Made by a program: the position numbers and the translations under genes. From Felis catus (taxonomy: Eukaryota), in the NCBI RefSeq assembly GCF_018350175.1, contig NC_058368.1, forward strand, positions 238,144,001 to 238,208,000: a stretch of DNA of 64,000 bases, given 5' to 3'. Shown here in pieces: positions 60,477 through 64,000 of this stretch. The notes beneath the pieces were generated by a model. The model had not been told where the DNA came from. It made no database searches and saw only the letters and a program-made list of their open reading frames with translations. The first letter of the stretch is position 1; every line of letters starts with the position of its first letter.

Positions 60477-63400
60477 GGGGCTGTTCACCAAAGTGTGTCC
60501 GGCTCACCTGACATGGGGCGGCCAAGGACAGAAGAAAACCATCCAATCTTCCGCCAGAGTGCAGGCGGCAGAGACAAACCCCAGGACAAAGGAAATGTGG
60601 TTTCCATGTGACGCTCTGACATTTGCTAGTGGCCTAGTAAGATTAGGGGCATCTCTGGGGACAGCAGGAAACTGATGGGTGCGTGTAAGTATGCGGGTGC
60701 CACGGGCCAGGAGAACAGCCGCGCAGCGGCATGGCCACGTGCCTGCCGGGCTTTGACTGGCGCCTCGCGGGCATCCTGGCCTTACCAAGGGCAACTGCCC
60801 TGGGGGACCCGCAGGGTCAGGTGAGGCCGCTCCATCGGAAACGCCTGGCAGACGTATAGCTTGGTCCAGCTGTGGCCTCCCCAGTGCAGGGGCAGGGCGG
60901 GGAGGGGGAAGGGTGCCAGCACCTTTGGCTGAGGAGCTGTCACTGAGAGAGCCTGCCTCGAATGAGGCGAGCAAGCCCGCCTGCACCTACAGAGGGTTGG
61001 GGCGGGGGGGACGCCGAAGGAGAGACCTCGCTGAGTCTGCTGGAGGAGGAGGGGGAGCTCACCCTCTGCGCAGGGGTGAGGGAATAGGAGCAGGGGGGCA
61101 GGACCCAGTGTCACGGGCCAGAGGGCAAGCAGCCCCAGGCCCCCAGGAGCCCCGCTCCCGCACAGGCCGGGGAGGACCCGCCCCACGACCCCTCCTGCGC
61201 ACCAGAGGGCAATGCACCGGGCACGCGGTTCTGCGGGGAAGCGACGGCCGACCGGCGCCACTGGTCACAGGACCCCCACCCCGGGCCGCAGCCTGAGCTC
61301 GAAGTGCAGCCCCGCCCCACCCCCACCCCAGGCTGACCTGGAATCGGGGAGCGTGTCCCCGCCCCTCAGAGACTGACTCACGTGCCCACAGCAGCCTCAC
61401 CAGCCAGGAGCAGGGTCTGCCCCATCACACAAGTGACGCCCATTCACAATCAGCCTGCAAATGGGACCTTAATTAATGAATTTGATGATAGAGACTCTTT
61501 TCATGGAACATTAGCCCAAGTTCAAGATAATCAGCCTGAACACAAACTCCAGCTTCGCAACAACACTCGCCGGGGGCAGGAACATAATTTACGTCCGGCA
61601 AGTGGGTGGGCGCGCGGCTTCCGGGCGGGGGGCTCACCTCCAGGCACAGGACCATCCAGGAGCTGGGGACAGACCCTTCTGTGGCACGGCGCACACACAG
61701 GCTGTCATGGGCACCTCTCGGGGTCATCAGAGTCCATTGCACGCGGCCCTGCTTCCGCTGGTCTGTGGGTATGTGACGGATGCCCCTGTGTGTCCGTGAG
61801 AACAGGATGAAGGTTTTCCGAGGCGGCCCCATCTCTGTGGACGGGGTGGCTCTGACGGGGGGTGGGGCACTGAGGCCGGAGAACCCAGGGATTTAGGGGC
61901 CACAGCTGGCCTTTCCCGCTGGTACTTCGGTAGTGAAAACCGGTCACGTGCGTGGCTGTGGCTACCTGTGTGGGACCCTGGGGGCTGCGGGGACGGGGGC
62001 AGCACCCCGAGGATGCTCTAGGCTGGGCCGGCATGGGGGGAGGGCGTCCCACAGCAGTTCCGGGGGGAGGGGAGCCGCAGGGGCACACACGCCTGCCGTG
62101 CAGGGGAGGCGCCCAGGGTTCAGAAAGGCAGCGGCAGGCCTGGCGGGAAGGGGTGCCCCCGCCCCGCTTTCCTCCTCCCCTTCCCTCCCCAGCTCAGCTC
62201 GCTGCCTCGCCGGGGGTGGGGCGCTGGAAGCGAGGGGGGAGGAAAATCCGGTGAGTGTGGCCTCACCAAGGAGCACCGCTGACCCCAGGGGAGACCCGGG
62301 GCCTGCGGGATCCGGCCACCCCGTACAGAGCTCACTTCTAACTTGGGCGCTGCAGGGGTGAGGCGCACACGGTGGGAATGGAGGAGTCAGCGCTTTAGAG
62401 GCTCACACTCCTTCTCCACCTCACCTGTGTCTTCAGTAACACAGCAGCCTAGAACGTTCCACCGCAGGAGGGCAAGGAGCCCCTTGGGGAGGGCACAGGT
62501 GCAGGGACCACACAGTTGGCCGAGGGTGTCCCGCAGGAAGGGGCCCCAGAGCCCTGGGGACGAAGCAGCCAGCGCTCAGGCACCCTCGTGCCTCCCCGCC
62601 CGCCCCCACAGCCTGGTTGGTGGCCCTCCTCTAGATTTCATTCCAGAACCCCAGCTTCCCCCATGGTGCGGCACACGCGGCTCATTAGGGTGAATTTTCA
62701 GCGCATTTGCAACCTTTCACCCATTTCCAGCTCAGCGGGCTGGGGCTGCAGGGAAGGCCCCCCAGGAAGCAGTGGAAGGGCCCTCTGGACCCCAGACGGT
62801 GGGTTCCAGAGCCCCCGGCCACCCCCCTACAGACACAAACCACATTGTTATTTTGGTTTTGTTCCCAAGTTTCTGGAAACCAGAGGTCACTTTTTATTCC
62901 TCCGGTTCGAGTACAGACTAGATCACGTGGCACACTGAGCTGCTGGGCCCGCACTGCCGCAGCACCCCTCCTCGGACGTCTTGTCCAGATGTGCCCGGTT
63001 CCACACCCCGGGGAGACCGGCGACCAGGCGGCCTCCCTGCTCCTCACCTGCCCGTAACAGCGCTGTCCCTGCGGTGAACAGAGACTGTGTCGTCCGAGCC
63101 TGGGTCACCGAAGTCCCAGGCCTCGTCTCGCGGGCCGCCACCCACCCTTGACAGGCGTGGGTTCGCTGGGGGAATGCCCCAAGACCCCGACCTGCTTCGG
63201 GCTCTCGAAACCAAGGGCGCCCTTGTGTGGAGAAGTTACAGGGCTGTGGGGTCGCATCGCAGGGAAGGGGGAGACACAGATACGTGCACAGACTTAGAAA
63301 TAAAAGCAACATGACACGTGCACACAAGGGACACGTTAGACGCGGGAGAGGCGGTGTCTCCCGCCTTTTCTAGGTGGTTCCTTGAAGATCAAGTTTAGGG

Positions 63401-64000
63401 TTTTCATCACGGCTTTGCTTTGGTTTCACACAATCACCTGACTTCTCACGCGGTTTGGAGAGCGAGACTGTGGCCCTGAAGCACGTGGGGCCCTCGCGGG
63501 TCCCTGCTCGGCCCAGCAGCGCTGGTGGCTGATCCTGCAGTGTCTCTGTGCCCCTCTCCGGCCTGCGCTGACCCCTCTCCTCGAGTTCACCCAGAAAACG
63601 GACGTAATTCAGGCACTTGCTGCAAAGGGGCAGCAGCGGTTTACAGGACCAGGTGATCCCCGCTCAGGGATCGTTATGCTCAACAGAGGAAGGGGCACGG
63701 TGATGGCCACCCGGGGCCGCTGAGCGCCCAGCTGAGTAACACCCACCTCCCCCAGCACAGGGGGCCGGGCTCCGAGGGTGCCGCCCTGGCCGGGTTGTTC
63801 AGGACGGTGCGTGCTCGCAGGACACGGCTCCGTCCAGACCATGCGCAGGGCGGCAGTCGGATGGAACGGTCCGCCGCGCACACGTCACCGGGGGACGGGA
63901 ACCAGGCTGTGGCAGCCATGTCGTCCGCCCGGGCCCGGGGCTCCCGCGCCACCACCCGCCCTCCGGCCTCCGCAGGGTTAGTGGCTGTGCCATCACGAGC

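Noticed and set aside
60001..60546. 181-aa ORF with repeated PACLHPPVYT motifs
   Set aside because: It is a translation of the 14/70-bp minisatellite.

Overview
Mammalian genomic DNA, almost certainly from a felid, because it carries many Can-SINE/SINEC_Fc-type SINEs and carnivore-type L1 3' ends. It is GC- and CpG-rich throughout. The only protein-coding gene I can support is the TALE-class Iroquois homeobox gene IRX4 on the + strand. It has five coding exons (50521-50565, 51048-51299, 51973-52085, 52966-53294, 53750-54573), all bounded by GT-AG. They splice to 1563 nt, or 520 aa plus stop, with a homeodomain and IRO box; AATAAA lies at 55102. The gene sits in a large CpG-island domain (about 45.6-57 kb) broken by AT-rich, homeodomain-motif-dense patches that look like conserved enhancers. 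The upstream ~45 kb is non-coding, with 13 Can-SINEs, two carnivore L1 3' fragments, eroded ancient repeats and minisatellites. Nearly all ORFs in the supplied track are GC-content artefacts. I see no evidence of a wholly new biological system. The best leads are: a probable upstream non-coding exon spliced to a strong acceptor 76 nt before the ATG; an exon 3/4 junction that regenerates a splice donor and could give a homeodomain-less isoform; a PBX-HOX/MEIS composite element; structured minisatellites; and a zone free of young transposons around IRX4. Repeat family names are from memory of consensus sequences, not from a search.
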